Below, piece after piece: positions 27,020 through 38,150 of a stretch of DNA of 64,000 nt (positions are counted from its first letter, which is position 1; each line of letters opens with the position of its first letter). Both the position numbers and the translations under genes were made by a program. Source of the DNA: an uncultured bacterium (lineage in GTDB: Bacteria; Omnitrophota; Omnitrophia; Omnitrophales; Aquincolibacteriaceae); NCBI GenBank assembly GCA_964482725.1, contig CAYZYT010000013.1, positions 1,465-65,464 of the forward strand, in the 5' to 3' direction. Below the pieces are notes generated by a model. The model searched no databases and was not told where the DNA came from. It saw only the letters and a list, made by a program, of their open reading frames with translations.

Positions 27020-27883
27020 TCAGGAAGGAATAAGCGATTTGAAAGCTTCCGGAAGAAAACGCAAGAGATCGCCCGCGATCAGACTCGTCGGCCCCATCTT
27101 TTGGGCAGCCCTGTCACCGGCCAGTCCATGAACATGAACAGCCAAGCATGCAGCTTCAAAATACGACAGGCCTTGGCCCACGAGCGCCGTGATCACCCCG
27201 GTCAGCACATCGCCCGAGCCCGCAGTCGCCATACCGGGATTGCCGGTCGTATTGATATGACGATCTCCTTCGGGCGCAGCGATAATCGTACGATGTCCTT
27301 TGAGAACGATCACCACGCCATATTTTTGTGCTATGTCCAGGGCCCGTTTTTTCCTCAACGCATCCGAATCATCAAGTTTGCCGCCGAAAACACGCACAAA
27401 TTCTCCCGGATGCGGCGTGAGAACCGCACGCCCACGACAGGCCTCCAACACCTTGAGATGTCCCTTCAAAGCATTGAGGCCGTCAGCATCGATCACGAGA
27501 GGAAGTTCCGTCATTTGGAGGACCTTGCGGATCAATTTTTGCGTCGTACTATGTTGGGAAAGTCCGGGACCGATCGCGAGTACGTCTTGGGTGGCGCACA
27601 GTTTTCCGATCTCGGAAAACCCTTGGAGCGAAAGCGTCCCTTTATTTGTTGAAGGAAAAGGCCGGATCATTAGCTCCGACTCGCGCTTGGCAATGACGAG
27701 ATAGACGGCATCCGGGATACCGATCGTCACGAGTCCGGCACCGGAACGAAGCGCTGCCATGCCCGTCAGATGCGCCGCGCCCGTCATCCCGCGAGAACCC
27801 GCAAGAATGAAGACGCGCCCCATGTCGCCTTTGTGGACGGTAGGAACTCTTTTAAGCTTTTTTGCCACTGAGGAAATATTCAT
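27020..27883 (-). CDS. nnrD: ADP-dependent NAD(P)H-hydrate dehydratase (YjeF C-terminal domain)
   Basis: 287 aa; GDMGRVFILAGSRGMTGAAHLTGMAALRSGAGLVT, GPGLS, GSGDVLTG motifs. Confidence 0.75.
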   Translation of the reverse strand: MNISSVAKKLKRVPTVHKGDMGRVFILAGSRGMTGAAHLTGMAALRSGAGLVTIGIPDAVYLVIAKRESELMIRPFPSTNKGTLSLQGFSEIGKLCATQDVLAIGPGLSQHSTTQKLIRKVLQMTELPLVIDADGLNALKGHLKVLEACRGRAVLTPHPGEFVRVFGGKLDDSDALRKKRALDIAQKYGVVIVLKGHRTIIAAPEGDRHINTTGNPGMATAGSGDVLTGVITALVGQGLSYFEAACLAVHVHGLAGDRAAQKMGPTSLIAGDLLRFLPEAFKSLIPS

Positions 27884-27895
27884 AAATTTGAAAAG

Positions 27896-27960
27896 GACCA
27901 GAGACTGGAGACATGAGACTCGAGATAGGCTGTGGTCTCTGGTCTCTAGTCTCGTGTCTG
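27896..27960. repeat. GAGAC/GTCTC-rich intergenic hairpin element, copy 2
   Basis: ggaccagagactggagacatgagactcgagataggctgtggtctctggtctctagtctcgtgtctg; sits between the pdxJ stop and the nnrD start, followed (minus sense) by ttttcaaattt-ATG. Confidence 0.5.
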
Positions 27961-28683
27961 AATGATTTTCTTCATTTCCTGAACAGCCTTGGCCAGCCCG
28001 ACAAAAACGGCGCGGCTGACGATAGAGTGTCCGATATTAAATTCAATGATCTCAGGTATCGAGAGCAGCGGAAAAACATTCTCATAGTTAAGGCCGTGCC
28101 CGGCATGGACATGGAGCCCGAGTTCGAGACCCAATCGCGCGGCCTCACGAACACGAAAAAGCTCCTTTTCTTTTTTCTTCCCCACGGCATTCGCGTAAGA
28201 CCCTGTGTGGATCTCGATGGCATACGCGCCGAGCCGGGCGGCTTCCCGTACCTGGCTCTCCGCCGGATCGATAAAAAGGCTGACCTCGACTTTTTTCGCC
28301 AGTAACGCGTCGATCGTCCGGATCAGAGGAGCTCTTTTGGAAAAAAGGTCCAGTCCGCCTTCCGTCGTCAGTTCTTTCCTCTTTTCGGGAACCAGGCACG
28401 CCTTTTCCGGTTTTACTTTAAGCGCGATCTTGAGGATCTCAGGTGAGACGGACATCTCGAGATTAAGAGGGACATAGATCTTTTCCATGAGTTCAAAAAT
28501 ATCTGCGTCCTGGATATGGCGGCGATCCTCGCGAAGATGGACCGTGATGCTGTCGGCCCCGCCTTGCTCTGCCTCAAGTGCGGCTTCCATAACAGAAGGT
28601 TCTTCCCCAAGCCGTGCCTGGCGAAGTGTTGCAATATGATCGATATTAACACCGAGTTTTTTTTGCAAAAGACGGGCTGGCAT
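27946..28683 (-). CDS. pdxJ: Pyridoxine 5'-phosphate synthase
   Basis: 245 aa; LGVNIDHIATLRQARLGEEPSVMEAALEAEQGGADSITVHLREDRRHIQD. Confidence 0.9.
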   Translation of the reverse strand: MPARLLQKKLGVNIDHIATLRQARLGEEPSVMEAALEAEQGGADSITVHLREDRRHIQDADIFELMEKIYVPLNLEMSVSPEILKIALKVKPEKACLVPEKRKELTTEGGLDLFSKRAPLIRTIDALLAKKVEVSLFIDPAESQVREAARLGAYAIEIHTGSYANAVGKKKEKELFRVREAARLGLELGLHVHAGHGLNYENVFPLLSIPEIIEFNIGHSIVSRAVFVGLAKAVQEMKKIIQTRD

Positions 28684-28690
28684 CAGGCGG

Positions 28691-29629
28691 TCACTTGGTG
28701 AGGGACCGAATCGCGGCTTTGACCTTGATCGGTTCTTTGTCCTTCAAGCTCACGTTTTCCGGGAGGACGACCTGAAGCAACAGGTCATAATCCCCTTTTG
28801 TCAGGTCCGCGAGGTCGACATACGCCAAGAGAGTCTCGGGTGCGAGTTTTTCCAGAGAGAGCTTGGACCCCTTGAGGACCAAGGTCACTTTATCAGGGTT
28901 GAGATCCACCACGCCGCTCGCTGTCGGAGATCTCACAATGCGTACCGGAACATCCTTGAACTCCTTTTCACCAAATTCTTCGCGGATAGGGATATAAACA
29001 TTCACAAGCGATTCGCTCATAGGCTTAACGCCCGGAGGCAACTTCACCTCCACGGTCCGGTAAAAAGAGCGGATCCGACCGACCAGATCGATCGGTGCGG
29101 TCTTCGCGGATTTCATTTTTTCCAGAACCCCTTTGGGTCCCTTCGTCAGAATGGCATTCGGGTCCATCCGCAAATCCTCCGCGAGAAGTTTGTAGCCGAC
29201 CGCGGGCTCTCCCACAAAATCCGGCTGGATCTCGAGCTTTTGGACGATCAGCTCATCCAGTTTCACCGTCATGATCTCAGGCACGATCTTGATGACGCGG
29301 ATCTGAAAGCTCGGCACACTGATCTCGGCCGGCTCCAGGCGGAAAGAATATTCTCCCGCGGTCTTGATCTCAGGACCGATCTTGTGCACCGCCTGGATAT
29401 CCTGACTCGCCAGGTTCACGATCAGCGCGCGCGGCGCGGACAAAGAGACCTGCACGACCTTTGTGGAGATCTCGGAAACGGTCATTTGCGTGCTGCTCAT
29501 CTGGATCTTGAGCGGGATCACGCGCATGACTTCGATATTCTCCTCCCCGACGGCGTAATACCACGTCCCGACCGCAAGCACGAGGGAGATGATCTTGAGA
29601 CCCCAGTTATGAACAAGCCAATGTTTCAT
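28691..29629 (-). CDS. cdaR: YbbR-domain protein (CdaR-like regulator of diadenylate cyclase)
   Basis: 312 aa; N-terminal TM, repeated YbbR-like beta domains; immediately downstream of, and overlapping, cdaA. Confidence 0.7.
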   Translation of the reverse strand: MKHWLVHNWGLKIISLVLAVGTWYYAVGEENIEVMRVIPLKIQMSSTQMTVSEISTKVVQVSLSAPRALIVNLASQDIQAVHKIGPEIKTAGEYSFRLEPAEISVPSFQIRVIKIVPEIMTVKLDELIVQKLEIQPDFVGEPAVGYKLLAEDLRMDPNAILTKGPKGVLEKMKSAKTAPIDLVGRIRSFYRTVEVKLPPGVKPMSESLVNVYIPIREEFGEKEFKDVPVRIVRSPTASGVVDLNPDKVTLVLKGSKLSLEKLAPETLLAYVDLADLTKGDYDLLLQVVLPENVSLKDKEPIKVKAAIRSLTK

Positions 29630-30447
29630 GCTCCGGGTTCCTTCCCGTGAAACTGGAAAAGCCTTTTATTCTTATCAATGAAGTCCTTGAAAACATTCTT
29701 GTTCTCCGCCGGCTTGAAAAGCCCTTCGAGAATCCTCTTCATATCTTCCAGATCAAGCGCCTTCGTCAGCTTCCCGAAGACTGACACTGAGATATTCCCA
29801 GTCTCCTCGGAAACCACAACGCATACCGCGTCATTCTCTTCCGTAAGACCGATCGCGGCCCGGTGGCGCGTCCCTACCGAAGTCGGAAGATCCGTCATCT
29901 GTGTGAGAGGGAAAAGCGAACCGCAGGACGCGATCCGGTCCCCTGAAATGATCACAGCGCCGTCATGGGTCGGGGTATGCGGGTCAAAAAGGCTGAGCAG
30001 GAGCTCCGCACTCATTTTCGCATCGAGCATCATGCCGCTTTCGATATAATTCTTGAGGCCCACATCCCGCTCAAGCGCGATCAAAGCACCGGTCCGATGA
30101 CGCGACATATGGTCGCAGGCGCGGATCACTTCGTCAATCACCCCGCCTTTGCTTAAGAAGCCGCTCGACATCGTGGTCCCGATACGCGCCAGCACACGTC
30201 GCATTTCCGGCTGAAAAATAATGAGGAAAGCCACAACCCCCACGGCGAAGACCTTGGAGAGAACCCAGATGATGCTGTTGAGCTCAAAAAATTTCGCCGC
30301 AAGAAAGATCACCACGAGGATGACAAGTCCCAGGAGCACCTGCATGGCGCGCGTGCCCTGGAAGAACCGGATCACGGAATAGATCAATACCCAAATAAAG
30401 AGGATCTCGATCAGCGGCCGCCAGAACGAGGTCAGAAGTTCAAACAT
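29626..30447 (-). CDS. cdaA: Diadenylate cyclase CdaA (DisA_N domain)
   Basis: 273 aa; three N-terminal TM helices; DAC motifs DGAVIISGDRIASCGSLFP, TRHRAAIGLTEENDAVCVVVSEETGNIS. Confidence 0.9.
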   Translation of the reverse strand: MFELLTSFWRPLIEILFIWVLIYSVIRFFQGTRAMQVLLGLVILVVIFLAAKFFELNSIIWVLSKVFAVGVVAFLIIFQPEMRRVLARIGTTMSSGFLSKGGVIDEVIRACDHMSRHRTGALIALERDVGLKNYIESGMMLDAKMSAELLLSLFDPHTPTHDGAVIISGDRIASCGSLFPLTQMTDLPTSVGTRHRAAIGLTEENDAVCVVVSEETGNISVSVFGKLTKALDLEDMKRILEGLFKPAENKNVFKDFIDKNKRLFQFHGKEPGA

Positions 30448-30448
30448 G

Positions 30449-30664
30449 TCATTTTTTCCCGAAGAGAGTGAAGGCGAGTGTGAGGATCAGGCTGAGAAGA
30501 AGGCACGTCGTCATGGGAAAATAAAGGGTAAAGCTCCCTTTGCGGAGAAAAATATCGCCCGGGAGTTTCCCAAGCAAGGGCACTTTGGAAAAAAAAGTCG
30601 CGAAGATCCCCATGCAAATCAGGATCACACCGAAAAAGATCAGGGTTTTTGCAAGGTCGCTCAT
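30449..30664 (-). CDS. DUF2905-family small membrane protein
   Basis: 71 aa, two TM helices, conserved GKLPGDIF. Confidence 0.6.
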   Translation of the reverse strand: MSDLAKTLIFFGVILICMGIFATFFSKVPLLGKLPGDIFLRKGSFTLYFPMTTCLLLSLILTLAFTLFGKK

Positions 30665-30807
30665 GCTGGCTCCTGTTGAAATCTTCCGTAATATAACACG
30701 GCACGGAGGCGCCTTCCAAGAAATCTATGAGACGCCGTAAAAAAGCTGCTTGCCGGTACTCGCTCTCATTCAATATTTTATTGAAAGCTAGTACTGAACC
30801 AAACTTC

Positions 30808-31884
30808 CTATGAATTCCACAAGTTGTTCGGTGCGGAAGCGGGCGGCTTATGCCCAAAATGCTGGTAGGTAAGCTCGGTCACCACGCGGCCGGCTGAAGT
30901 ACGCTTCATAAATCCGCGCTGAATAAGGTAAGGCTCATAAATTTCTTCAAGAGTCTCGGCGTCTTCTCCCACGCCGACGGCGAGACTGTTAACACCCACC
31001 GGACCGCCCTTACATTCTTTGAGAATGTATTGTAGGATCCTTTTGTCCATGGGATCGAGACCTTCCTGATCGACCCCGAGCATCTTGAGCCCCTGGTCGG
31101 CAACCTCGGCCGTGATCTTCCCATCGGCTTTCACCTGCGCATAATCCCGAACACGCCGTAAAAGGCGGTTTGCGATACGGGGTGTGCCGCGAGCGCGACC
31201 GGCGATCTCGAGCGCGCCTTTTTCATCGATCTCGATATTCAAAAGCTTCGCGGAACGTTTCACGATCGTAGAGAGTTCTTCATTTTCATAGTAGTTAAGC
31301 CGCTCGATGATCCCGAAACGTGAACGCAGCGGCGCGGTAAGAAGGCCGCTCCGGGTCGTCGCGCCGATGAGCGTAAAACGCGGAAGCTGCATCTTGACCG
31401 AACGCGCGTGCGGCCCTTTATCGATCATGATTTCAATCGAATAATCCTCCATCGCAGAGTAAAGATATTCTTCCACGACATGGGGGATCCGGTGGATCTC
31501 ATCAATGAAAAGCACGTCACCTTTTTCAAGGTTTGTGAGAATGCCGGCCAGATCCCCCGCCCGCTCAAGAACAGGACCGGAAATCTGATGGATCTTGGCA
31601 TTCATGCGATTGGCAATAATATTGGCGAGTGTGGTTTTCCCGAGACCGGGGGGTCCAAAGAGCAGAATATGATCCAGCGATTCTTTGCGGCCCAGCGCGG
31701 CCTCGATCGAAACCTTGAGGTTGTCCTTCACCTGCCCTTGACCGATGAACTCATCGAGCGTGGCAGGACGCAGCGTGACCTCGATCTCGATTTCTTCCGG
31801 CTTGAATTCCTGATCTAACATTCTGTCGTCTGTCATAGTTTTGTCCCCAGGGACGGTTCTTGATAACTCCTTTGATCGCAACAA
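30808..31884 (-). CDS. ruvB: Holliday junction branch migration ATPase RuvB
   Basis: [31 protein letters not shown] (Walker A/B), winged-helix C-terminus. Confidence 0.95.
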   Translation of the reverse strand: MLRSKELSRTVPGDKTMTDDRMLDQEFKPEEIEIEVTLRPATLDEFIGQGQVKDNLKVSIEAALGRKESLDHILLFGPPGLGKTTLANIIANRMNAKIHQISGPVLERAGDLAGILTNLEKGDVLFIDEIHRIPHVVEEYLYSAMEDYSIEIMIDKGPHARSVKMQLPRFTLIGATTRSGLLTAPLRSRFGIIERLNYYENEELSTIVKRSAKLLNIEIDEKGALEIAGRARGTPRIANRLLRRVRDYAQVKADGKITAEVADQGLKMLGVDQEGLDPMDKRILQYILKECKGGPVGVNSLAVGVGEDAETLEEIYEPYLIQRGFMKRTSAGRVVTELTYQHFGHKPPASAPNNLWNS

Positions 31885-31948
31885 CTTCTACGAGGACTGT
31901 CCCTTTTTTGACCTTTATGCTTCAAATCCTATAAGAACCGTCCCTTTA

Positions 31949-32551
31949 CTAGACGTGCTTCAACGCCGCTCTTATGATCTCCTCTACGGACGGCTTCTTA
32001 CCGAGCAGTGCTTTCAACGTCTTCTGGATCGCATCCTTCGCCTTTTGCTTAGTATAACCGAGCGACACAAGCGCCGAGACCGAATCCTCGACCATCTGGT
32101 CGGAGACGCTCGCGTCATGGATGAGTTCTTTGCCGGCCGAGATCTCGGCTTTTCCGATCTTGTCCTTGAGTTCGATGATCACACGTTCAGCCGTCTTCTG
32201 TCCGATCCCTGAGATCGCCGTGAGCACCGGAACATTTTTCTCCTGAATGGCGCGCTTCAGTTCCGGAAGCGTCACGCCGGACAAAAGCGTGATCGCAAGT
32301 TTCGGCCCGATCCCGGAAATCGAAATGAGAAGCCTGAAAGCTTCGCGTTCTTCTTCGGTCGCAAATCCGTAAAGGAGCTGAGCATCCTCACGCACCACAA
32401 AATGCGTGAAAAGCTTTACGGTCTCACCCAAGTTGGGAAGGCTCGAGAACGTGGAAAGCGACACACGCACCTCATAGCCGATCCCGTTCACATCCAGGAT
32501 CGCCGCCGTGGGCGTCTTCTCCGAAATCTTTCCAATCAAATAGTGGTACAT
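31949..32551 (-). CDS. ruvA: Holliday junction DNA helicase RuvA
   Basis: 200 aa; MYHYLIGKI..., HhH motifs ISGIGPKLA, SGIGQKTAERV. Confidence 0.9.
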   Translation of the reverse strand: MYHYLIGKISEKTPTAAILDVNGIGYEVRVSLSTFSSLPNLGETVKLFTHFVVREDAQLLYGFATEEEREAFRLLISISGIGPKLAITLLSGVTLPELKRAIQEKNVPVLTAISGIGQKTAERVIIELKDKIGKAEISAGKELIHDASVSDQMVEDSVSALVSLGYTKQKAKDAIQKTLKALLGKKPSVEEIIRAALKHV

Positions 32552-33027
32552 ACAACCTTTCTCTTAGAAGAATGCAAATGACACATCGCGAGCGCGAGAG
32601 CATCGGAGGCATCGAGCGCCGGAGCTTCTTTCAGATTCAAAAGACGTTTGACCATGAACTGCACCTGTTCTTTGGTCGCGCGACCGTTGCCGGTCACCGA
32701 CTTTTTTACCGCGGTCGGAGCGTATTCTATCACTTCGATTCCTTGTTTAGAAGCCGCGAGCATGGCGCAGGCTCGGGCCTCGCCGATCCGCTCAACCGCC
32801 CGGATGTCCTTGGCAAAAAAAAGCGTCTCAAGCGCCACGACATCGGGCTTGTAACTCTGGATATTTTTCTGGAGGGATTCGAAAATGTGAAGGAGTCGTT
32901 TCGCGATAGGGTCTTTGGAGGCTGCGCGAATGGTGCCGCAGATCACAAGCTTGTAGTCCCGGCCGATGGATTCGAGGATCCCAAAACCCATCCGGTGAGT
33001 TCCGGGGTCAATACCCATCACGCGCAT
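32536..33027 (-). CDS. ruvC: Crossover junction endodeoxyribonuclease RuvC
   Basis: MRVMGIDPGTHRMGFGIL..., VVALETLFF, DASDALALAMCH. Confidence 0.9.
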   Translation of the reverse strand: MRVMGIDPGTHRMGFGILESIGRDYKLVICGTIRAASKDPIAKRLLHIFESLQKNIQSYKPDVVALETLFFAKDIRAVERIGEARACAMLAASKQGIEVIEYAPTAVKKSVTGNGRATKEQVQFMVKRLLNLKEAPALDASDALALAMCHLHSSKRKVVCTTI

Positions 33028-33090
33028 GGACATCTCCAGGATCAAGACCCGGCCTTGACTGCGAAAGACCGGGTCTTTAAAGGGTGGAAA

Positions 33091-33840
33091 TTATGCGGAC
33101 AGTTCTTTCATCACTTCTTCAGGAATATCCGCATTGGAATAAACATTCTGAACGTCATCGTGTTCCTCGAGCGCTTCGATCAGATGCACCACCTTGCGAC
33201 CGGTGTCGGCAGACACGCTCACAAGATTTTTGGGAATCATGGTGAGATTGGCGCTCTCGATCTTAATCTTTGCTTTTTCAATGGCGTCGCGGACCGCCCA
33301 GAGGTCCTGGGGCGCCGTCGTCACCTCAAACATCGTCTCAGTTGAGGTCATATCCTCGGCCCCTGCGCCGAGAGCAATTTCCATCAGCGGGTCTTCGGTC
33401 GTCGCGGTTTTTGAGATCACAATAAATCCTTTTTTCTCGAACATCCAGGCCACCGTCCCGGCGCTTCCCATATTCCCGCCGTTCTTGTTGAAAAGGCTCC
33501 GGATTTCGGAAGCCGAGCGGTTCTTATTGTCCGTCAGGCATGCCACGAGGACCGCGGCGCCTTCGGGACCAAACCCTTCGTAGGCAATTTCCTCATAGGT
33601 CACGCCTTCGAGCTCACCGGTTCCCTTTTTGATCGCCCGATCAATATTATCCGCCGGCATGTTGGAATCCTTGGCGGATTGAATGGCCGTGCGAAGCCGC
33701 GGGTTGGTGTTCAGGTCCCCGCCGCCGGTTTTGGCTGCGACCGTGATCTCGCGAATGAACTTGGTAAAGACCTGGCCGCGCTTGGCGTCCACGATTGCTT
33801 TTTTATGTTTGATACTCGCCCATTTTGAATGTCCGGACAT
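33091..33840 (-). CDS. yebC: YebC/PmpR family DNA-binding transcriptional regulator
   Basis: MSGHSKWASIKHKKAIVDAKRGQVFTKFIREITVAAK.... Confidence 0.9.
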   Translation of the reverse strand: MSGHSKWASIKHKKAIVDAKRGQVFTKFIREITVAAKTGGGDLNTNPRLRTAIQSAKDSNMPADNIDRAIKKGTGELEGVTYEEIAYEGFGPEGAAVLVACLTDNKNRSASEIRSLFNKNGGNMGSAGTVAWMFEKKGFIVISKTATTEDPLMEIALGAGAEDMTSTETMFEVTTAPQDLWAVRDAIEKAKIKIESANLTMIPKNLVSVSADTGRKVVHLIEALEEHDDVQNVYSNADIPEEVMKELSA

Positions 33841-34034
33841 ATCTTTATTCTCCTGTTAGCATATTCATAAAATTAGAAATTTTAATTTTCCGAAATGCTT
33901 CGCGACCATGCTGGTTACGTTATCCGGTGACGGTAACGATGCCCGTTTCGTCTCTCGGCCAAGGTCACGTCACCGTCACCTTAACCGATACGGGCTTCGT
34001 GCCCGTTGCCATTACCGATTTCGTATTTTTAAAC

Positions 34035-34880
34035 TTAAGCCAACGGTTTAAGTTTTTTAATAGATTCCGTGATGCGTACCACATCGCGCATCGCCTTAAC
34101 ATCATGGACCCTGACGATCTGGATCCCGGTCATCACCGCCGCCGCGATGCATGCGGCAGTCCCGAACTCCCGCTCATCCGTCCCGCGCCCGGTCACCTGT
34201 CCGATGAAAGACTTCCGGGAGGGCCCGATCATAACGGGAAGCTCAAGCTTGTGAAACGCCCCAAGATTTTTCATGATCTCGAGGTTCTGTTCCGTGGTCT
34301 TCGCGAAACCCAGTCCCGGATCAATCACCATCTGTTCACGATCAATCCCTGCGTCCATGGCAAGTTTGAGGCTGTCGCGAAGTTCCGTCATCACATCCAC
34401 GACAACATCGCCATAATGGGCAAGCGTCTGCATCGTCTCCGGCGTCCCACGACTGTGCATCAGCACGAGCCCCGCACTGAACTTCTTCACAACTTTTACC
34501 ATCGCGGAACCGGACCGCTTCAGCCCGCTGACATCATTGATAATGTCGGCGCCGGCATCGAGGCACTTTTTCGCAACTTCAGGGCTGACCGTATCGATCG
34601 AAATGGGAACCTGAACATCTTTGCGAACCCGCTCCAGGACCGGCAGTAACCGCTCCAATTCTTCCCGGTCGGTGACCGCCGCGGCGCCCGGCCTCGTGGA
34701 CTGAGCTCCCAAATCTAGCAGGTCGGCACCTTCTTCAATCAACTTTATGGCTTGAAGACTCGCAGCTTCAGGATCCAGATAACGTCCGCCATCCGAAAAA
34801 GAATCCGGCGTGATATTCAGGATCCCCATCAAAAGGGTCCGGCCAAAGGAAACGGTGTTTTGACGGATCTTCCAGATCAC
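34035..34880 (-). CDS. folP: Dihydropteroate synthase
   Basis: LLMGILNITPDSFSDGG, DLGAQSTRPGA, VPISIDT, LINDVSG. Confidence 0.9.
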   Translation of the reverse strand: MIWKIRQNTVSFGRTLLMGILNITPDSFSDGGRYLDPEAASLQAIKLIEEGADLLDLGAQSTRPGAAAVTDREELERLLPVLERVRKDVQVPISIDTVSPEVAKKCLDAGADIINDVSGLKRSGSAMVKVVKKFSAGLVLMHSRGTPETMQTLAHYGDVVVDVMTELRDSLKLAMDAGIDREQMVIDPGLGFAKTTEQNLEIMKNLGAFHKLELPVMIGPSRKSFIGQVTGRGTDEREFGTAACIAAAVMTGIQIVRVHDVKAMRDVVRITESIKKLKPLA

Positions 34881-36823
34881 GCGATGGGCGTCCCAACTGG
34901 CAAAGGCCCGCCGCCAGCCGGCGGAAGTGTGCTCCCAAGGCCTGTAACATTTTTAATCTCGTCGGCATCTAATGTTTCTTTTTCGAGAAGCAACTTTGCC
35001 AGAGCCTCGAGCTTGCCACGGCTCTCCGTAAGGATCTTCTTCGCATGTTCGTAACCTGCCTCGAGGATCCGCTTCACCTCCCCATCGATCAACCGGGCGG
35101 TGTCCTCCGAATAATTCTTTTCATCCATGAGGTCGCGGCCCAAAAAGACCATCCCGCCTTCTTTACCAAAAACGATCGGGCCAATCTTCTCGCTCATCCC
35201 GAACCGGCATACCATCTCGCGAGCGATCTGGGTCGCTTTTTGAAGATCGTTGTGAGCGCCGGTCGTAATATCTCCGAAAATAATTTCCTCAGCCACCCTG
35301 CCACCCATCAAAACAGGGATCTCCGCTAAAAAGAAAGTCCGGCTATGGAGCGTGCGGTCTTCATCCGGCAAACTCACCGTATAACCGCCGGCCATCCCTC
35401 TGGGAATGATCGTCACTTTGTGAACAGGATCGGCCCCGGGCGTCAGGAGCGCCACAAGCGCATGCCCGGATTCATGATGCGCCACGATTTTTCTTTCTCT
35501 GTCCGAAACTTTTTTACTCTTGCGCTGCGGCCCCGCCATGACGCGTTCGATGGATTCCTGAAGCTCGCTCATCCCGACCGTTTCTTTATTGAGACGTGCC
35601 GCCAGAAGAGCAGCTTCGTTGACAAGGTTCGCGAGGTCCGCGCCGGAAAAATAAGTGGTTTGTTTCGCGATCGTTTTAAAATCAACGGTGGGATCCAATT
35701 TCACCTTGATGGCATGGACTTTCAGAATCGCTTCACGACCGACGAGATCCGGAAGCGGCACAACCACTTGACGATCAAAACGGCCCGGGCGGAGCAGCGC
35801 GGGATCAAGGACATCCGGACGGTTCGTCGAAGCGATCAGGATCACGCCGATATGTGTGTCAAACCCGTCCATTTCGACGAGAAGCGCGTTTAAGGTCTGT
35901 TCGCGCTCATCATGCCCGCCACCGATCCCGGCGAAACGCTGACGTCCCACCGCGTCGATCTCATCGATAAAAATGATCGCGCCTTTACCGCCCGCCTTGG
36001 CGGCGCGCTTGGCCTGTTCAAAAAGATCGCGCACACGCGCGGCGCCGACCCCCACGAACATTTCTACAAAATCCGAACCGCTGATGGAATAAAAAGGCAC
36101 TTCAGCCTCGCCGGCCACCGCCTTCGCGAGAAGCGTTTTCCCCGTTCCCGGGGGACCCATCAAAAGAACGCCCTTAGGAATGCGCCCCCCCAACTTCGTA
36201 AACCGCAGGGGTTCCTTCAGAAACTCGATGATCTCCTGGAGTTCTTCCTTGGCTTCTTCGACGCCGGCAACGTCTTTGAAAGTAATCAGGCTTTTTTCTT
36301 TATCCGCAAGCTTGGCGCGGGATTTCCCGAATGAAAAGACCTTGCCGCCGCCCTGCTGGACGCCGCGATAGACGAAAAACCAGAAAAATCCGATCAAGAG
36401 GAGGGTGGGGAAAATCCCCGCGAAGAAATTGCGCCAAAAAGTCTGTGGCGGGCTGACTGAAAAATTTGCGACATTTTTACGGATGAGCGGGATGATGTCG
36501 GGGTCATTGTAGGGAATATGGACCTGGAAATAAGAAAGCGTGGTCAGCTTCCCCTGCACCACGTTGTCCACCAGCTCACAGGAAAGGATCTCACCGGTCT
36601 CAGGATTACGCGTCAGCATCCGGTAGAATTCGGAATAGCTCAGCTCTTTAAGCTCAAAACTCGGGAACACGAACATTTGCAGGATGAGAAAGATCCCGAG
36701 GGGTATAAGAAAAAGCGCGATCAACCGCTTGCGGTCGGGTTCTCCGGGCTGGGGAGGCAATTTACGGCCATTCTTGGAACGCGGCGCGTTTTTTTTCAGC
36801 TTACCATTGACAGGAGTCGCCAT
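34877..36823 (-). CDS. ftsH: ATP-dependent zinc metalloprotease FtsH
   Basis: 648 aa; two TM helices, AAA ([27 protein letters not shown]), HESGH zinc motif ([10 protein letters not shown]). Confidence 0.95.
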   Translation of the reverse strand: MATPVNGKLKKNAPRSKNGRKLPPQPGEPDRKRLIALFLIPLGIFLILQMFVFPSFELKELSYSEFYRMLTRNPETGEILSCELVDNVVQGKLTTLSYFQVHIPYNDPDIIPLIRKNVANFSVSPPQTFWRNFFAGIFPTLLLIGFFWFFVYRGVQQGGGKVFSFGKSRAKLADKEKSLITFKDVAGVEEAKEELQEIIEFLKEPLRFTKLGGRIPKGVLLMGPPGTGKTLLAKAVAGEAEVPFYSISGSDFVEMFVGVGAARVRDLFEQAKRAAKAGGKGAIIFIDEIDAVGRQRFAGIGGGHDEREQTLNALLVEMDGFDTHIGVILIASTNRPDVLDPALLRPGRFDRQVVVPLPDLVGREAILKVHAIKVKLDPTVDFKTIAKQTTYFSGADLANLVNEAALLAARLNKETVGMSELQESIERVMAGPQRKSKKVSDRERKIVAHHESGHALVALLTPGADPVHKVTIIPRGMAGGYTVSLPDEDRTLHSRTFFLAEIPVLMGGRVAEEIIFGDITTGAHNDLQKATQIAREMVCRFGMSEKIGPIVFGKEGGMVFLGRDLMDEKNYSEDTARLIDGEVKRILEAGYEHAKKILTESRGKLEALAKLLLEKETLDADEIKNVTGLGSTLPPAGGGPLPVGTPIA

Positions 36824-36912
36824 AAAATCCGAGGATCTCTGTTGTTTTTTCCAGAAAAAAGGAGCCGTAGTCTAGCATGGGGAATTGAAGATATCAAACC
36901 TGATTATACGCA

Positions 36913-37929
36913 TCACCGCTTCTTGTAAATTGTTACATTTTTAGGGGTTAGCGCGAAGTCGATATCCTTGGGAAGCGACGAGCAATAGCGGGGCCTTGAG
37001 AGTCCTTGACGGATCCGCTCCCAGGCTTCAAACGAAAGCCCGCTTTGAGGATCCAGTTTTTTAAGCGCTCTTTCCACAATTCGAAATTGAAGCGCCGACG
37101 GGATTTTCAGAAAGACCGCGCGACGAAGCTCCACCTTTCTCCCGCAAATCTTTTTGAACGTCTTTTGCCAAGCTTTTGCTTCAAGCTCGACGATCAATGC
37201 GCTCTCCCCGGCCACGATCGCAGGAATGCGCGACAAAGCCTCCACGACCCGCGGATTAAACTCGCGCTGAAGCCTGGGAATAAGTTCGATGCGAATACGG
37301 TTACGCAGGAATTTCACAGAATCGTTGCTTTCGTCTTTCCTGTACGCAATTTTTTCCGCGCGGCAAAAGTCCAAGATCTCTTTTTTAGTGAACGCAAGAA
37401 GCGGACGGACCAAGGTCGTTCGGCCCCTCTTGAACTTTTCGCGGATCCCCTGAAGCCCCCGCAAGCCTGTCCCTTGAAGCAGCCGCATCAAAACCGTCTC
37501 GGCCTGGTCGTCCATGGTATGCGCCAGCGCGATCGCCTGGACTTTTTCCGCCCGCGCAGTCCGGAGGAAAAAATCGTAGCGCATTTGGCGCGCCGCTTCC
37601 TCGATCGAGGTCTTCGTCTTTTTCGTTTCCCTTTCCACGTTCCCCGTTCCCCGGAAAAAAGGAATCTTGTATCTCCGGGCAAGATTTCTCACGAACCGCT
37701 CGTCCTGTGTTGCGGCGCCAGGCCGGAGCTGATGATTAAAATGGATCAAGCCGAGTTTCCAGGAGTTTTGGGGGGCAAGCGTTTGGAGGAGATGAAAAAG
37801 CGAGACCGAATCCGGTCCGCCGGAGCAGGCGATAAGGATTTTTTGACGCTTTTTGAAAAATCGTTTTCCCTGGAGATGTTCCTCAAGGCGAGAAAGCAAT
37901 GTTGCTCTTGAGATCCGCTTTTTCTTCAT
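36913..37929 (-). CDS. tilS: tRNA(Ile)-lysidine synthetase
   Basis: PP-loop ILIACSGGPDSVSL; the ORF track extends upstream (38064), internal Met MKKKRIS taken as start. Confidence 0.8.
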   Translation of the reverse strand: MKKKRISRATLLSRLEEHLQGKRFFKKRQKILIACSGGPDSVSLFHLLQTLAPQNSWKLGLIHFNHQLRPGAATQDERFVRNLARRYKIPFFRGTGNVERETKKTKTSIEEAARQMRYDFFLRTARAEKVQAIALAHTMDDQAETVLMRLLQGTGLRGLQGIREKFKRGRTTLVRPLLAFTKKEILDFCRAEKIAYRKDESNDSVKFLRNRIRIELIPRLQREFNPRVVEALSRIPAIVAGESALIVELEAKAWQKTFKKICGRKVELRRAVFLKIPSALQFRIVERALKKLDPQSGLSFEAWERIRQGLSRPRYCSSLPKDIDFALTPKNVTIYKKR

Positions 37930-38002
37930 AAGGTATATCCGAGGAAGGACAAGATGTGCGATGCGATAAAAAACCGCAAAACCCGGAACGCCACGCGCCA
38001 GA

Positions 38003-38021
38003 GCGAAAATAGTGTCGGGGG
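38003..38021 (-). repeat. Direct repeat of the tRNA 3' end (possible att-site remnant)
   Basis: tgtcgggggccaggattgg (38003-38021) repeats tgtcgggggccaggattga at the tRNA 3' end (38151-38169). Confidence 0.4.
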
Positions 38022-38150
38022 CCAGGATTGGCGCCTCCGCTTCGCTCCGGTCGGCCACCCGCACTTACAAACATGACCTTTGTCATGTTTGTGAACAAGT
38101 GCTCCCTTCAATCCTTGGTACTTCCCTTTCCAAATCCTTCATGAATAAAA

